63,762 bases of DNA, filler included, from Olpidium bornovanus S191 (GCA_017911155.1; 28 parts of 28 records of this genome joined end to end with filler, not necessarily neighbours in it), one strand, 5' to 3'; positions 13,422-25,108 are shown, counted from the whole stretch's first letter. Numbers and translations are program-made. Notes: generated by a model not told the origin, from the sequence alone.

Positions 13422-15049
13422 AAAACTTGGCCCTTCCCCCCCCCCCCCCCCCTCCCCCGTCATCCCCAGCATTTTTTTTTTTTTTTTTTACCCCGAAATC
13501 CATAATGAAAAAAAAAGATAAAGCAAAAGCAAAAGTCCCTAGACAGCAGCGCACCGCCGGAGAGAGCACACGTCCCTTAATGTAAATACCGAACACTTCG
13601 ACGGCGGCGGGCGGGCGGAAAAAAGTGGGAGGTTTTTTGCGGGCCCTCCGGACAAAAGCATCGCGAGGCTGTTTTCGATAGGGAGCCCCAAAAACGGCGC
13701 GCGCGCAAGCTCCCGAGGGCGACGACGGCGCGGTTTTGCGGGCGCGAAACAAACGAATACAACACCCATCCCTGCCCGCGGCCGAGCACCCCTCTCTCCT
13801 CCCCCCCCCCCCCCTTTTCCCCCTCCCCCCCCCCCCCCCCCCCCCCCCCCACCCCCCACCCCCCCNNNNNNNNNNNNNNNNNNNNNNNNNNNNNNNNNNN
13901 NNNNNNNNNTTAATTAATTAANNNNNNNNNNNNNNNNNNNNNNNNNNNNNNNNNNNNNNNNNNNNTCCAGAGGGCGCAGACGCGTTTTTTTTTGAATTTC
14001 CTTGCGGTCCCGCTGAAAACCCTGCTAGTCCAGAGGACGCAGCTGCGTTCGAGTTTCCCCGGAAAGATCCGCCCCCCTAACCATGCGTCGTTGCCGCGGC
14101 GGGAAAGTCACCCGGCTAACATCCCTAAGCTTCCCTTCCTTTCCGGCACCCGGGGGGGTTTTTTTTCCCCTCTGAATTGTTTAGATTTTCTTTTTTTGCC
14201 CAGGGAAAAATTGGTCGCCTGTCGAACACCTTCACGTAAATTGCGCCCCGGGCAACGGTCTCTGGCCCTGCAGGACCGGCTAAGTTTGACGTTGCAAGTG
14301 GGGCAATATCGTAATTGTGTGTTAACTAACAGGAATGTATTATATATATAATAGTTTATTTTGTTGTTATCCTTTTTGACGCTCTTCAGCGTACTAATTT
14401 GCTTTCCATTTTCCTTTTTTTTTATCTTTTGGCTGCCACTTGTACTTGTTTTTTCCTTTTTTCTTTCTCTGTTTCTCAACCTCCGATGTCCTGATCCCAG
14501 ATTACCAATCTTCAATCTCCTCCATCCACTGTCACTGATTTTCCCGATTCACTCTCCCTGCCAGGTCTCCGATCAGCCAACAGTGCACGTAACTATATTT
14601 TAGGCGGCCCCCGATCGCCACTCTCCCCGCTCCCCGAATTGTAACCACCTCGCGATCCCTGATTGCCGACCTTCAACCTGTCATTTGGCCGATCCCCACG
14701 GAAATCCTCACGGGGGGTTACAGGCATCAGGAAACAAAAGCACATGCAAGCGGCAATGGTACATTTGCAATTACTTTTTTTTGCTTTTTGCGGCAGCCGT
14801 CGTGACTTTTTTTTTCTTTTTCTTTTTCTTTTTTTTTTTTTTGCCGGCCGCGGCAGATCCCGCAAATTTTGGGAATCCCGCCGAACCCCGCCGAACCCCG
14901 CCGAATCCCGCAATAAAAAAAAATCTGAAATTCGCGAATTCCGCAAAAACCCGCAACATCCCACGAATCCGGAAGGTGCGAAAGGCGCGAAAGCGCAGGT
15001 GATGGGTTTGCCAAGAAATCGGCCGAGAAAGCCGACTGCTGTGGAAACG

Positions 15050-16060
15050 TCAGGACACGTGCGCGGGTTGAGATGCACAACAGGCCGCCGAAGAGCTGCC
15101 GGCAAGCTTTGTTTCCCGCGGCTGGGGCTTGTCCGTGCGTTTGTCGAGAGAGCTAATTGCCGGGGGTTTAAGAGGCGTGGGTTTTGGATGGCGTTGGTGG
15201 CGCCCAAAGGGCTTGATAATTGTGTTGACGTTGTGTGCTCGGGATAAATAGAGTCCGTCGGCCGGCACGCATTTGACTCGAATGCTGAGGACGTAATTGA
15301 AAGAGCCGTGGTGCGCAAACGGGAACGCAGCGTTCAAAGCTTGTGTTGCGGCGTACGGGGTAGAAATGGAGGAGCCCGTGAGAATACGCGCTATCGGGCC
15401 ATGCGCAGCGAGCAGAGCGTGTAGGGTCTGAAATGCAGGAGGGGAAGAAGATAATGTGTCATCGTCAAGTTGAACTGGGGGAAAAGGACAGGTCGGCAGC
15501 ATTGCGTCGGGAAAGGATGGGTAATATCGGCGGGTGTGTCGGGGAGTAACCCGGATCGCCCCCGCCTTTCCTCCCCCCTCTTCCCCCCCAGGGCGGCGGA
15601 ACACTATGTGCGGTGCGCGCACGGTGTAGAACACGCGTCGCCGGCGACGGGGTGAAAACCGAGTCGAAGAGTACGGCAGATGCCTTCATTCCGACAGCTC
15701 GCGCTTTGTCCGAGGCCATAAAGGGCCTTGTTGAGGCGGTATGCCAGGTCGGGTTGCCGTCGTCTACGTAGCCGGGAATTTGGTTCACAAAGTTTGCCAC
15801 CCCGTGCGGCTATCGTGCTAAAGCCCTTTTCAAAGTCCAAGGAATGAACCGGCAGGTCGAAGTAAGCAGGCATTGCAAGGAGCAGTCGGATGAATGTGAA
15901 GTAGGCGGCGGCGCTGTAAGCAGCATCGCAATCCACGCCGGCACGTTGAGCAGAACCCCGCGCTACAAAAGCGGGACCTGCATTTGTCAGAACGCGACGT
16001 ACCGCGAAATACCCATTTGCAGTCGAATGGGGCTGACGTCCGAATGTGGCGGGACCAGGC
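15050..16060 (-). pseudogene. Degenerate Ty1/copia reverse transcriptase remnant
   Basis: LLAMPAYFDLPVHSLDFEKGF and YRLNKALYGLGQSA match RVT_2 motifs. RTCPDVSTAVGFL and QLALST are nearby. Multiple frameshifts. Confidence 0.7.
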
Positions 16061-16284
16061 GAGGACACGGCGGAATTTACGGGAGTTGGATCTCCGTGCG
16101 TGCTTGCGCCAAAACACTCACGGCCCGTCAGGGCTGTTGGTTGCATCCTGATGCGTTCCGAGGACGAATGCGGATGCGGGGCTCTAACCAGAATCCGCCG
16201 CCACGTCAAATGTCGTCGTCGACGCGGACACCTGCAGAGGCTGCCGCAGTGCCGCACGCCGGCGGCGGCACTTTTCTGCGGCGG

Positions 16285-16410
16285 AAAACCACAAAAAAAA
16301 AAACACCAAAAAAAACACCAAAAAAACACCAAAAGAAACACCAAAAAAAACACCAAAAAAAACACCAAAAAAACACCAAAAAAAAACACCAAAAAAAACA
16401 CCAAAAAAAA
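16285..16410 (+). repeat. (CACCA6-8)n minisatellite at a contig end
   Basis: About 10 copies of CACCAAAAAAA with variable A-run length. Confidence 0.85.
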
Positions 16411-17958
16411 NNNNNNNNNNNNNNNNNNNNNNNNNNNNNNNNNNNNNNNNNNNNTTAATTAATTAANNNNNNNNNNNNNNNNNNNNNNNNNNNNNNNNNN
16501 NNNNNNNNNNCATGAACGAAGATGCGGATTGATATAGTTTCCCGCCAACACTACACATCATCCTTCTTTCGTCCGTCGAATTGCACAGTTATTTGCTTAT
16601 TTCGTAACTCTCCCTTCTGATTCACGTGATTTGACCAACGGGGTGCATAGAAATGTGTATTTATTTTCTGCCGATCTATCTTTGTGCCGCCGTGAAACCG
16701 AATTGAAGAAAGGCAAAAAACTCCATTTTGTCCTTAGGAGGGAGGGGAGAAAAGTGGCAATGCGGATCACGCGACCTGCCCGCCTCGATGGAGGCACATG
16801 GGGTGCGAGAGGCAGGTAACGCCGCCGCGCCCATGACATCCTTACTGTGAAGGAAAGGGAATTGTCAATCCTGCGGTGATCTTTTCCGAAGCCGCGACAA
16901 AGGTCGCAAATGTCGTCCACGCGGCTGACGCTGTCAGCTCGTTTTGACGCGCGTGGGCGATCGATCCGAACCAACGAAAAAACAGGAGAAGCCGACCTCG
17001 GGGTGCAGGGGGCGCAAGACGATCGGTTGCGCGGCGGGGCGCGTCAAATCACTCGAGCCTTCGCGGCCGGGGGTAGGCGTCGACGAGGCGATCACGGCGA
17101 TCGCGCAGAGGATCGGGGAAGAACAAACGATTATGGAGACAACGCTCGACGAAGCGGCCGACGCTGCCAAGCTGGGGTTTCTCAACGATCAAAGGTCGGG
17201 CCCGACGCCCGTTTTTTTCGCTTGTTTGCGTTTGGGGAAGGGGGGCGGATGTGAATATTCTCGCCCCCTTTTTATATGCGGCCAGGGGGCGGGGTTTAAT
17301 TCGCTACGTTTGTCTAAACTATCAACCTCGGTTCCACGTTGTCGGCCTTCAATCCTGACGCGATTCCGGGCGCGGTTGTGTCCGCATCAATCCGCGCCTG
17401 AAGCGACCGATCCATTGCCGACACCGCGACGTATGCCCTCGGTCGGGTGTCCCGCGCCCGGTTCGCCACGGTCGCCTACCCTGCGGGGGGCCGCTCCGCC
17501 TGGAGGCCAACTCCAGCTTTTTCCACCGCTTTTAAGCCCGAACTAACCGCGTATTGCGCCGCCGCGCGAGTGAGTGATCCGGGAAGGACCCATTCTGACA
17601 AACGCGTGGTGCAAAGAGAAAACGACCTCCTCGGCAATCGTCTGTTTGCTCGAGCGAAGTACCGTGCTGTACCTCACAAGCAAACGGGGCTTCCGCAGGA
17701 AGCTGCGTCCCATCGAGGCAATTGATCGCTGCCAGGCCCGATTCGTTGGTCACATTCAATGGCAAGGTGCGGGTTGCCCTTACAAGCCGCCCTTACTGCC
17801 TCAGTTGCCAAGGGCTGGTCTATTAACCTACGGAATATTACTCTCGTTTATTTCCATGNNNNNNNNNNNNNNNNNNNNNNNNNNNNNNNNNNNNNNNNNN
17901 NNTTAATTAATTAANNNNNNNNNNNNNNNNNNNNNNNNNNNNNNNNNNNNNNNNNNNN

Positions 17959-18345
17959 AATTGTCAGGACCGCGGCACGTCTCGTCTCCTCGGCCGTCTG
18001 ACCAAGAATCAGCAGATCGTTGATGTAGGCGAACACCATAACACCGTTGAGTCGCAGAATCTGCAGCGGGATCTTCATTGTTTTCGAAAATATGCGCGGA
18101 GCACCCGTTTGTCCGAATAGCATTGCATTCGGTAGATAAACCTGATCGCACAAAAATATTAACAGCAGATCGCGATCTGCCCGGAAGATCGGAACATGGA
18201 GAAATGCGTCGGTGATGTCTATTGAGATGACGAAATTGAAGTTCGGAAGTAATGCCGTTAGTGTCTTCCACATCTCCATTCGAAAGTGAATTTTCTCGAG
18301 ATGGGAGTTGACATCGCGGAAGTCCCTGATCAACCGTCGTTTCCC
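17959..18345 (-). mobile_element. DIRS/Ngaro-type (tyrosine-recombinase retrotransposon) RT fragment, probably inactive
   Basis: RRLIRDFRDVNSHLEKIHFRME..ISIDITDAFLHVPI..MLFGQTGAPRIFSKTM..FAYINDLLILG. The HFRME and DAFLHVP blocks are typical of DIRS RT; the YxDD motif reads YIND. Confidence 0.85.
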
Positions 18346-18989
18346 TGATTCCTGCGTGTGCTGTGGCACGGCCCTAGCCCCGACCGCCGCCCTACGCCAA
18401 GGAGGAAGCCACGGAGGGCGGCGGCGGGCGGGAAGCGGAGGAAGGGACAAGGTGGCCCGGTGTCGGGCAATTAATGCCTCGGGGAATGATGCGCTTGGCG
18501 TGCCCCGGGGAATTATGCGCCGGGCGCATAAGGAGGCCCCCCCCCTCTCTCTTGTCCCCCCCCCCCCCCCGATCCACGCACGGAACCAACCGAACAGGAC
18601 ACAACAACAAAATAAAAGCAACATAGCACTCTTCGAAGGCGCTTAGCGGCCTCCCGTGGGGCTCTCAGCTGACTAGTTTCGACCGCCTGCGACTGTGACG
18701 CCCTTCGAGTGGGCGGTTGGCTGCTCCTGGGGTTGGAGGGCGGGATTGGGGAGCAAGGGGAGCACGCCAAAGCCCGCGTCGAAGAGAGCCGCGATAACGG
18801 CAAGAAGAGGACCCCGCTGTCCCGCGGGCACCCGTATCTACGGCAATCCGCACGCGTAAAACAGCCCATTGCTGCCCGTCCCAGCCTGCTACAACCCGGT
18901 TGGAGTTAGCAGTCTCCCGACAAATTGGCGCTCCCGGGCAGGACAGATGGGACGCGAGAGCGAGAAGAGCCGCTATGAGAGTGCCTCGG

Positions 18990-19152
18990 TGTAACGTGCG
19001 AAATACGTAATCTGCGCGTAGCGCTATCTGGAAAATTTGTATTCGCCGTCTAGCTCTGGGTCTGGGTCTGGAGTACGTAAAAGTACAAGATTCTGGAAAT
19101 CTGTGTAGCTCTAAGGGTACGTGGCGTAAGCGCTATATATATAGGCGCGGCT
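18990..19152 (+). mobile_element. Possible LTR start (TGTAAC...) with TATA-like TATATATA, cut by the contig end
   Basis: Begins TGTAAC, is non-coding with short internal repeats (TACGT..GCGTA..AGCGCTA), and has TATATATA near 19135. Confidence 0.3.
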
Positions 19153-19266
19153 NNNNNNNNNNNNNNNNNNNNNNNNNNNNNNNNNNNNNNNNNNNNTTAA
19201 TTAATTAANNNNNNNNNNNNNNNNNNNNNNNNNNNNNNNNNNNNNNNNNNNNGAGGCTTGAGGGTT

Positions 19267-22200
19267 CTAGACAACGTCGTGCCCGGGTATGCCCTTCGAG
19301 TCCGCCTTGTCGTTATCGGCGGGCACGGTTTCCTCGAGGTCCCCCCGCCTCGCCTCCTGCTTCCCCTTCTTCCGAATTAATCTGCACACCGAAACGAAGA
19401 TATTATACAATGGGCTGGGCTCGAAGGTCTCAGGGTTGGACCCTATCAGGACGACGACTGCCGTGAGAACGGCGATGCCGACGAGCATGCCCGCCCAGGC
19501 GGAGTAGATGCCGAGCCCGAGGGGAAGGTACCCGAACACGAGGGCGACGACGGCCACGAGCACGGCGTACGGTAGCTGAGTCCAGACATGGGCGCCCACG
19601 GAAACGCCTTTTTTTATTACGGCGGAAAGGCGGATTTTTCGGGACAGGGTTATATTCTATCAAACAATCCAGCTGCACCGAGAGGGTATTTTCGAACGGC
19701 GCCATTCAAAAAAAAAAAAAAAAAAGAAATAAAGTGGCCCGCTTACTTGCTGACAAGGCAGAAAGAACCGACGTGTCCGAGATCGGTGAGCACTGGTCGC
19801 CGAAGATGCTGCCCGTCAAAATGGATGACACGGTCTGCACGAGGAACTCGTGATCGCCAGGGCGGAGCCCCACCGCCATGGGGATCGCAAGCGGGAAGAC
19901 AATCGACATGGATCCCCTGCACGCCGGTACGGAATAGGACAATTTAGCAAAACTGTGCACCGTCGGGCAAAGCAAAGCCCGCAGTGTTCACCCCTCGCGG
20001 GAAGAAGGAGAGGGGGGGAGGATAACGAACCAGCTCGTGCCGGAGCAGAAAGAAATGGCGCAGGAAACGACAAAAATCAGAGCCGGAACGTAGTTGGAAA
20101 CGATGCCGTTCTCCTTGAAAACAGACGTAATAAATATTCCGGTGCCCATGTCTTCAACTGCTTCACTCAAGGACCACTGGAAACGAAAAATACAAAACAC
20201 GGTGCAGATTTATCAGCGGGTTGATGAAGGGCCACACGACAACGGGCAGCCACACAACTCTGACGTACCGCGAGCGTGAGCGTCATGAAGGCATCAACGA
20301 TGTCTTTGATTCCGCAAAGCCAGGTGTCCATGCTTTCCCTAAAAGTCATTATGTTTTGTATTTTATACCTTTCCGATTCGCCCGGGCGGTACCGTAAGCA
20401 CGTGTCACGTTTGTTTTCGGTCGCCAAAGGAAAAATGGAGACGCCCCCGTCTTACATAATTGTCGCCGCGACAGAACCTACAAAGGACGCCCAAATCAGG
20501 GATCCGTACGGATCTCCGTAGCCGCTCATCGTAAGAATGTCAAACGGATCCACCGTAGAGTCTTCCTTGTGCACTTCCAGGGCCTCGTAGTGTCCGGTGA
20601 TGAACAGCGCGCAAATAACCACAACAACGGTTATGACTGAAGAGAAGGCATGTAAGTCAGTACAGCCTCTAAGCATCCTCCACATACGCGGAATCTCACC
20701 TATCGGGACGACGGAATTGTACCACCGGTGGGGGCGATTCGTGATCTCGGAGCCGTTCAAAACGCCAACCGTTTCCGACTCGCCGTCTGGAAGAAGCTTG
20801 CCGTGATGGTGCGCGCGCCGCTCGGCCACCAGCATCGGACCGAATTCCTTTTTGAAAGCCAGCTGAATGGCGACGAAGACAATCATGAAGATCGAATAGT
20901 AGCGCGACGGCAGAGTCTCCACGATAATGCCGAATGCGCTCGAGTCGTCACCGGTCTTCTTCAGCTGCTCGGCGATCAGCCCGACCTCGAAACCGATCCA
21001 GCTGGAGAGCGGGACGACGGACGAGGGCGGCGCCGAGGTGGCGTGCGTCAGGAAGGCCAGCTTTTCGCGCGCGACAAAGACGGCGTCCGATATGGGCCGC
21101 ATCTGGGAGCCTGGACACGCAGGCAAAGCCCATACGTGCCCAACTTGTTAGGAATCCTAGCAGGTACGCAAACGCGTGAAAAAGTCGCGAGTCGTCCCGA
21201 GGTTCTCACCGACTATCAAGCAGCTGGCGTAGTCATCGAAGAATACGATGCACCCGAGGGCGTAGGTAGACCACTGGACCGACCAGCGGTTTCCAGAAAA
21301 TCTTTGAAGGCCAAAAAAGAGAAAGACGCATTTTCGAACCAGCCGAAGGAAGGGGAGAAAAAGTGCAATTTCGAACCATACGAAGAGAAAACCAAGCGCA
21401 TTTTTGAATCGGTCGAGGAGGGGGGAAAAAAAGAAACGCGCATTTTCGAAGCAGTCAAACAAATCAGTCGAAGACAAGGACAGGCGCATTTTCAGATCAG
21501 TTGAGGAGGGGGGAGAAAGCGCATTTTAGAGTCAGTCGAAGAAGAATGGAAAAAATGGCGCGTTTTCGAACCAGTCGAAAAAACAATAAACAAAAAACTC
21601 CGCGTTTTCGAACCTCTGGAGGACCTTAGCCAACCCGTGCGCGCCGCCAGAACGCTGCACCAGGGCCACCAGCGCCGACAGCCAGAAAGTAAACAAGATG
21701 ATCTTCGTGTGTTCCGGCGACGAGAGCGCCTTCACCATGTAAGTGTCCAGCGAGCGGAGGAGCGCCGTGAGCGGGTTGAACCTGTAGATAAACAGGCAGC
21801 TGACGAATATGCCGGCGTCTGTTTCGGGCGCGCGTTCTGGTGGACATCAGCGGGCGGCGGGCGGAGCAGGGGGCGGGGCGGGGCCGGGGGGTTAGGAGCA
21901 AACGGAATTCTTCGGCCGCCCGATCCGCGACGCGCGGGGCGAACGCCTTGAAACCTACACAGCGCCACGTGGACCTGGCGGGTCAGGATGGCCAGGGAGA
22001 GCATGGTGACGACGGGCAGGAGGGTGGTCCAGCCGGGGATGACCTGGACGCCGGTCTTCTCGGAAACGAACGCGGCGGGATCCGCCGGGTCGTACAGGCG
22101 GACCTCGAGGTCGGCGTACCCGCTCGCCGGTACGGTCACGTTCGGGACCACGACGCTCGCCAGCAGCAGGCCCCTGTCGTCAGCGCGCTGCAGCGTTCCG

Positions 22201-22403
22201 GCGGCGAGAATCCCCAGGCCGGTGGCGCTGACATTGTAGTTGATTGCAGCGGAGGTCCCGAGTCGATCCGGCCACGACAGGTCGAGCGCGACGTTGAACT
22301 GCCTGCCGACCAGGGCGGACGCGGGCAGGGTGAGCTTCTCGATGAACGGCAGCGAGGACGGGGCGGCAAGGGTTATCGCCTGCAGGATCGGCGACAGGCG
22401 CAT
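19267..22403 (-). CDS. NhaC-family (Na+/H+ antiporter-like) multi-pass transporter with a signal peptide and an N-terminal extracellular domain; apparently complete
   Basis: PGWTTLLPVV..LAILTRQVHVAL, LVQRSGGAHGLA, FFDDYASCLIVG, MRPISDAVFVAREKLAFLTHATSAP, SSWIGFEVGLI, CSGTSW, TGSIFGDQCSPISDTSVLSALS and HVWTQLPYA. These are the hallmark NhaC/PF03553 blocks. The first three splice junctions were checked and are in phase. Confidence 0.9.
21326..21620 (-). repeat. Eight degenerate ~23-bp units separated by pyrimidine-rich spacers, filling the 312-bp NhaC intron (21302-21613)
   Basis: Plus-strand consensus GCGCATTTTCGAACCAGTCGAAG at about 21326, 21363, 21396, 21438, 21484, 21519, 21558 and 21600. 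Confidence 0.85.
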
Positions 22404-22553
22404 GTCTGCAGGCAAAAGCAGCCGGGCGGTCTATCTAACTGGCGGGCTTCCGGCCGATTCGCGTGGCCGGGAGGTGACACCTTTTCTGCAATAAGACACG
22501 GCGAGAGGGGAAAAGGGGGACAGAGACACCCTTTGGACGCAACAGGGAGAGAC

Positions 22554-22601
<48 letters not shown>

Positions 22602-22759
22602 AAGAGCAGAAAGAGAGAGACTGAGAGAGAGACTAATTCCCCGCCCATTCCCCCTTTTTTTTTCTTTTTCTTTCTCCGGGGGGACGGGGAAGAGACATTT
22701 GCATTGGTTTTGCTGGGTGTTGTTGTCGTTTCGTTGATTGTCACCGGTGGAAACAGGAG

Positions 22760-22800
<41 letters not shown>

Positions 22801-23039
22801 GGGGGGGGGGGGGGGGGAAAAAAAAAAGGGGGGGGGGGGGGGGGGGAGAGGGGGGGGGGCCGANNNNNNNNNNNNNNNNNNNNNNNNNNNNNNNNNNNNN
22901 NNNNNNNTTAATTAATTAANNNNNNNNNNNNNNNNNNNNNNNNNNNNNNNNNNNNNNNNNNNNCATGTAACGCAGGGCTACTGCCAATGGCCCGGTGTCG
23001 ATTATGGGACCACTTGGAGTCCTGTATCCTCTTTTACTT

Positions 23040-24279
23040 CCCTTCGCCTTCTCATTGCGATTGCTGCTTTCTTTGGATGGTCCATTTTTAGTGCTGATTT
23101 CCAAACTGCTTACCTTAATGTCAACTTGGACGTTCCCATCCACATTAAACAAATTAAAGGTTTTGACATCACCGACAAACCGCGCGAGCAATACGTTTTG
23201 CGTCTCCTCAAAGCCCTCTATGGTCTACACCAGGCTGCCAGGTGCTGGTTTGACCAGCTGCACGCCGCTCTTTTCGACCTCAGCCTCTGCCCTGTTGCCG
23301 GTGGCCCTTGCGTATTGGTCTCATTCGACGACGAGTCGACTCCACCCACATCGGCGCAAGGGGGGATACGAACTCTCCGAGAGGGAAAGCCGAATCTGCG
23401 CCGATTTTCCACGCTACGGATTTTCCTGAAAACTTTGATCCATCCTCCACCCCCGGCAAAACGGCAAATCCTACTTCTTCTTCTTCATCATCTAACTCCA
23501 CTAGTTCTTCCTCTTCTCGATTCTCACCGGTGAAACTTGCAATTTGTTTATGGGTAGATGACATCATCGTTACGGGCAGAGATGCTGATTTCTGCAAAGA
23601 ATTCGTGAACACGCTTAATTCCAGGTTCTGCTTGTCCAAGGCAGAACCCCTCTCGTTCGTGCTCGGCATACAAGTCAAGAACACCACCCAGGGCATCTAC
23701 CTCACCCAGGATCACTATATTACTCAAGTCCTTGGTCGCTTTAACCACATGCGCTGTAACCCGGAGGCAACTCCACTGGACGTGTCAATGATCAGGCAAC
23801 TCCGCGCGCGTGACAATCCGGCCTCCGCGGTCGAGAAAGCCCGCTACTTCCAGCTTCTCGGCTCGCTCAACTACCTTGCAACTAGGACAAGGCCCGACAT
23901 CGCGACGGCGATCAGCTTCCTGTCACGATTCATGTCGAATGGCGCTGACCACTGGGCAGCACTGAAGCGCGTTCTGCGCTACCTCGCCGGCACCCGGCAC
24001 CATGGGCTCTTCCACGAGCGAGGATCAACTGTCGACGTCTCCATCAACTCATTCACTGACTCCGACTGGGCCTGCGCCACTGACCGCCGCTCCATTACGG
24101 GTTACCTCATCCGATTAGGAACTGCCATGGTCGCCTGGCGCTCCGGTCGCCAACCGTGTCTCGCACTCTCGAGCACCGGAGCTGAAACGCTGGCCGCTTC
24201 TGAAACATGCAAAGAACTCGTCTGGTTTTGGATGATCTATCAAGGTCTTGGCGACGATCTCAGGCCTACCCGTCTATAC
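23040..24279 (+). mobile_element. Ty1/copia RT-RNase H region with one frameshift, interrupted by a second LTR
   Basis: FQTAYLN..KALYGLHQAARCWF, WVDDIIVTG, FVLGIQV, LLGSLNYLATRTRPDIATAISFLSRF, ALKRVLRYLAGT, FTDSDWA..DRRSITGY and WRSGRQPCLALSSTGAE. Confidence 0.95.
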
Positions 24280-24442
24280 TGTTGCGTATATATTCCTTCC
24301 ATCCTACCTTTTTTTTTTCTCTCATTTGGATCGCTGGCGCCAGCCCCTTAATCTTTGTACTACTACTATTTTACGCTTTCTGTGAATAAACCCCTACGCC
24401 CTCACGCGGCGAAAACCAAAATATCCCACAGGTTATGAGCCC
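24280..24442 (+). mobile_element. 151-bp copia 5' LTR (TG...CA) followed directly by a half-tRNAiMet PBS
   Basis: TGTTG at 24280, AATAAA at about 24385, ...CCCACA ending at 24430, then GGTTATGAGCCC (24431-24442). That 12-mer is complementary to the tRNAiMet anticodon arm, as in Ty5 and copia. Confidence 0.8.
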
Positions 24443-24839
24443 AAGCGGACTCTGACGCCGTCCCCGCACCGCCGCCGCCGCCGCCGCCACTCACCGCTGC
24501 CGCCGTTCGCCGACCGCCGCCGCATCTTTGCCGCCGCTGCGCTTCGCCGCCGCCGCCCGCCGCAGCGCCATTCTCCGCCACTGCCCTTCGCCGCCACCGC
24601 CGCCGCCGCCGCCGCCGCCATGCCGCTCAACAAGGCAGATAATCCAACTGCCGGGAAAGGTGCCATCTTCTCCAACTAGGACACACCCACGCCAGCAAGT
24701 CATTCCAGGCTTTCAGAACGTGATGCCGACAAACAGAATGAAATGGATCATCTTGGCACCGAACTCTATGCAATGATGATTCTTCTGGACAAACAGGATA
24801 AGTCAAAAGGGAAAGAACGAGCTGTCTACACTGCCGGGG

Positions 24840-25108
24840 CGGTCAGAGCTCATCTCCCCTCCTTCGAACCGGGACCCCACGAACCGTTGGACCCGCCGAC
24901 AAGACGGTCGGAGCTCACGCGAACTCCCCTTTTTTGAGCCGAACCACGAACCGTTGGACCCTCCCACGAGGCGGTCAGAGCTCACGTGAACTCCCCTTTT
25001 TTGAGCTAAACCGCGAGCCGTTGGCCCTGCCGACAAGGCGGTTGGAGCTCACGCCAACTCCCCTTTTTCGAGCCGAACCGCGAACCGTTGGACCCGCCGA
25101 TGAGGCGG
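24840..25108 (+). repeat. 67-bp tandem repeat, 4 full copies plus a partial, cut by the contig end
   Basis: Units start at 24840 (65 bp), 24905, 24972 and 25039 (67 bp each). Consensus CGGTCRGAGCTCACGYGAACTCCCCTTTTTTGAGCCGAACCRCGAACCGTTGGACCCGCCGACRAGG. Confidence 0.92.

Noticed and set aside
16285-16410. Telomere repeat at the contig end
   Set aside because: The C/A-rich strand runs toward this end, opposite to telomere polarity, and unit length is irregular.
17077-17193. Isolated exon-like segment GVDEAITAIAQRIGEEQ..GFLNDQ
   Set aside because: Splice-like flanks, but no recognisable family or consistent neighbouring exons.
21326-21620. CRISPR array (repeat plus variable spacers)
   Set aside because: Repeats are too degenerate, spacers are short (about 10-24 nt) and low-complexity, the array sits in a spliceosomal intron of a eukaryotic gene, and no cas genes are seen.
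24840-25108. CRISPR array
   Set aside because: Head-to-tail tandem units with no unique spacers.
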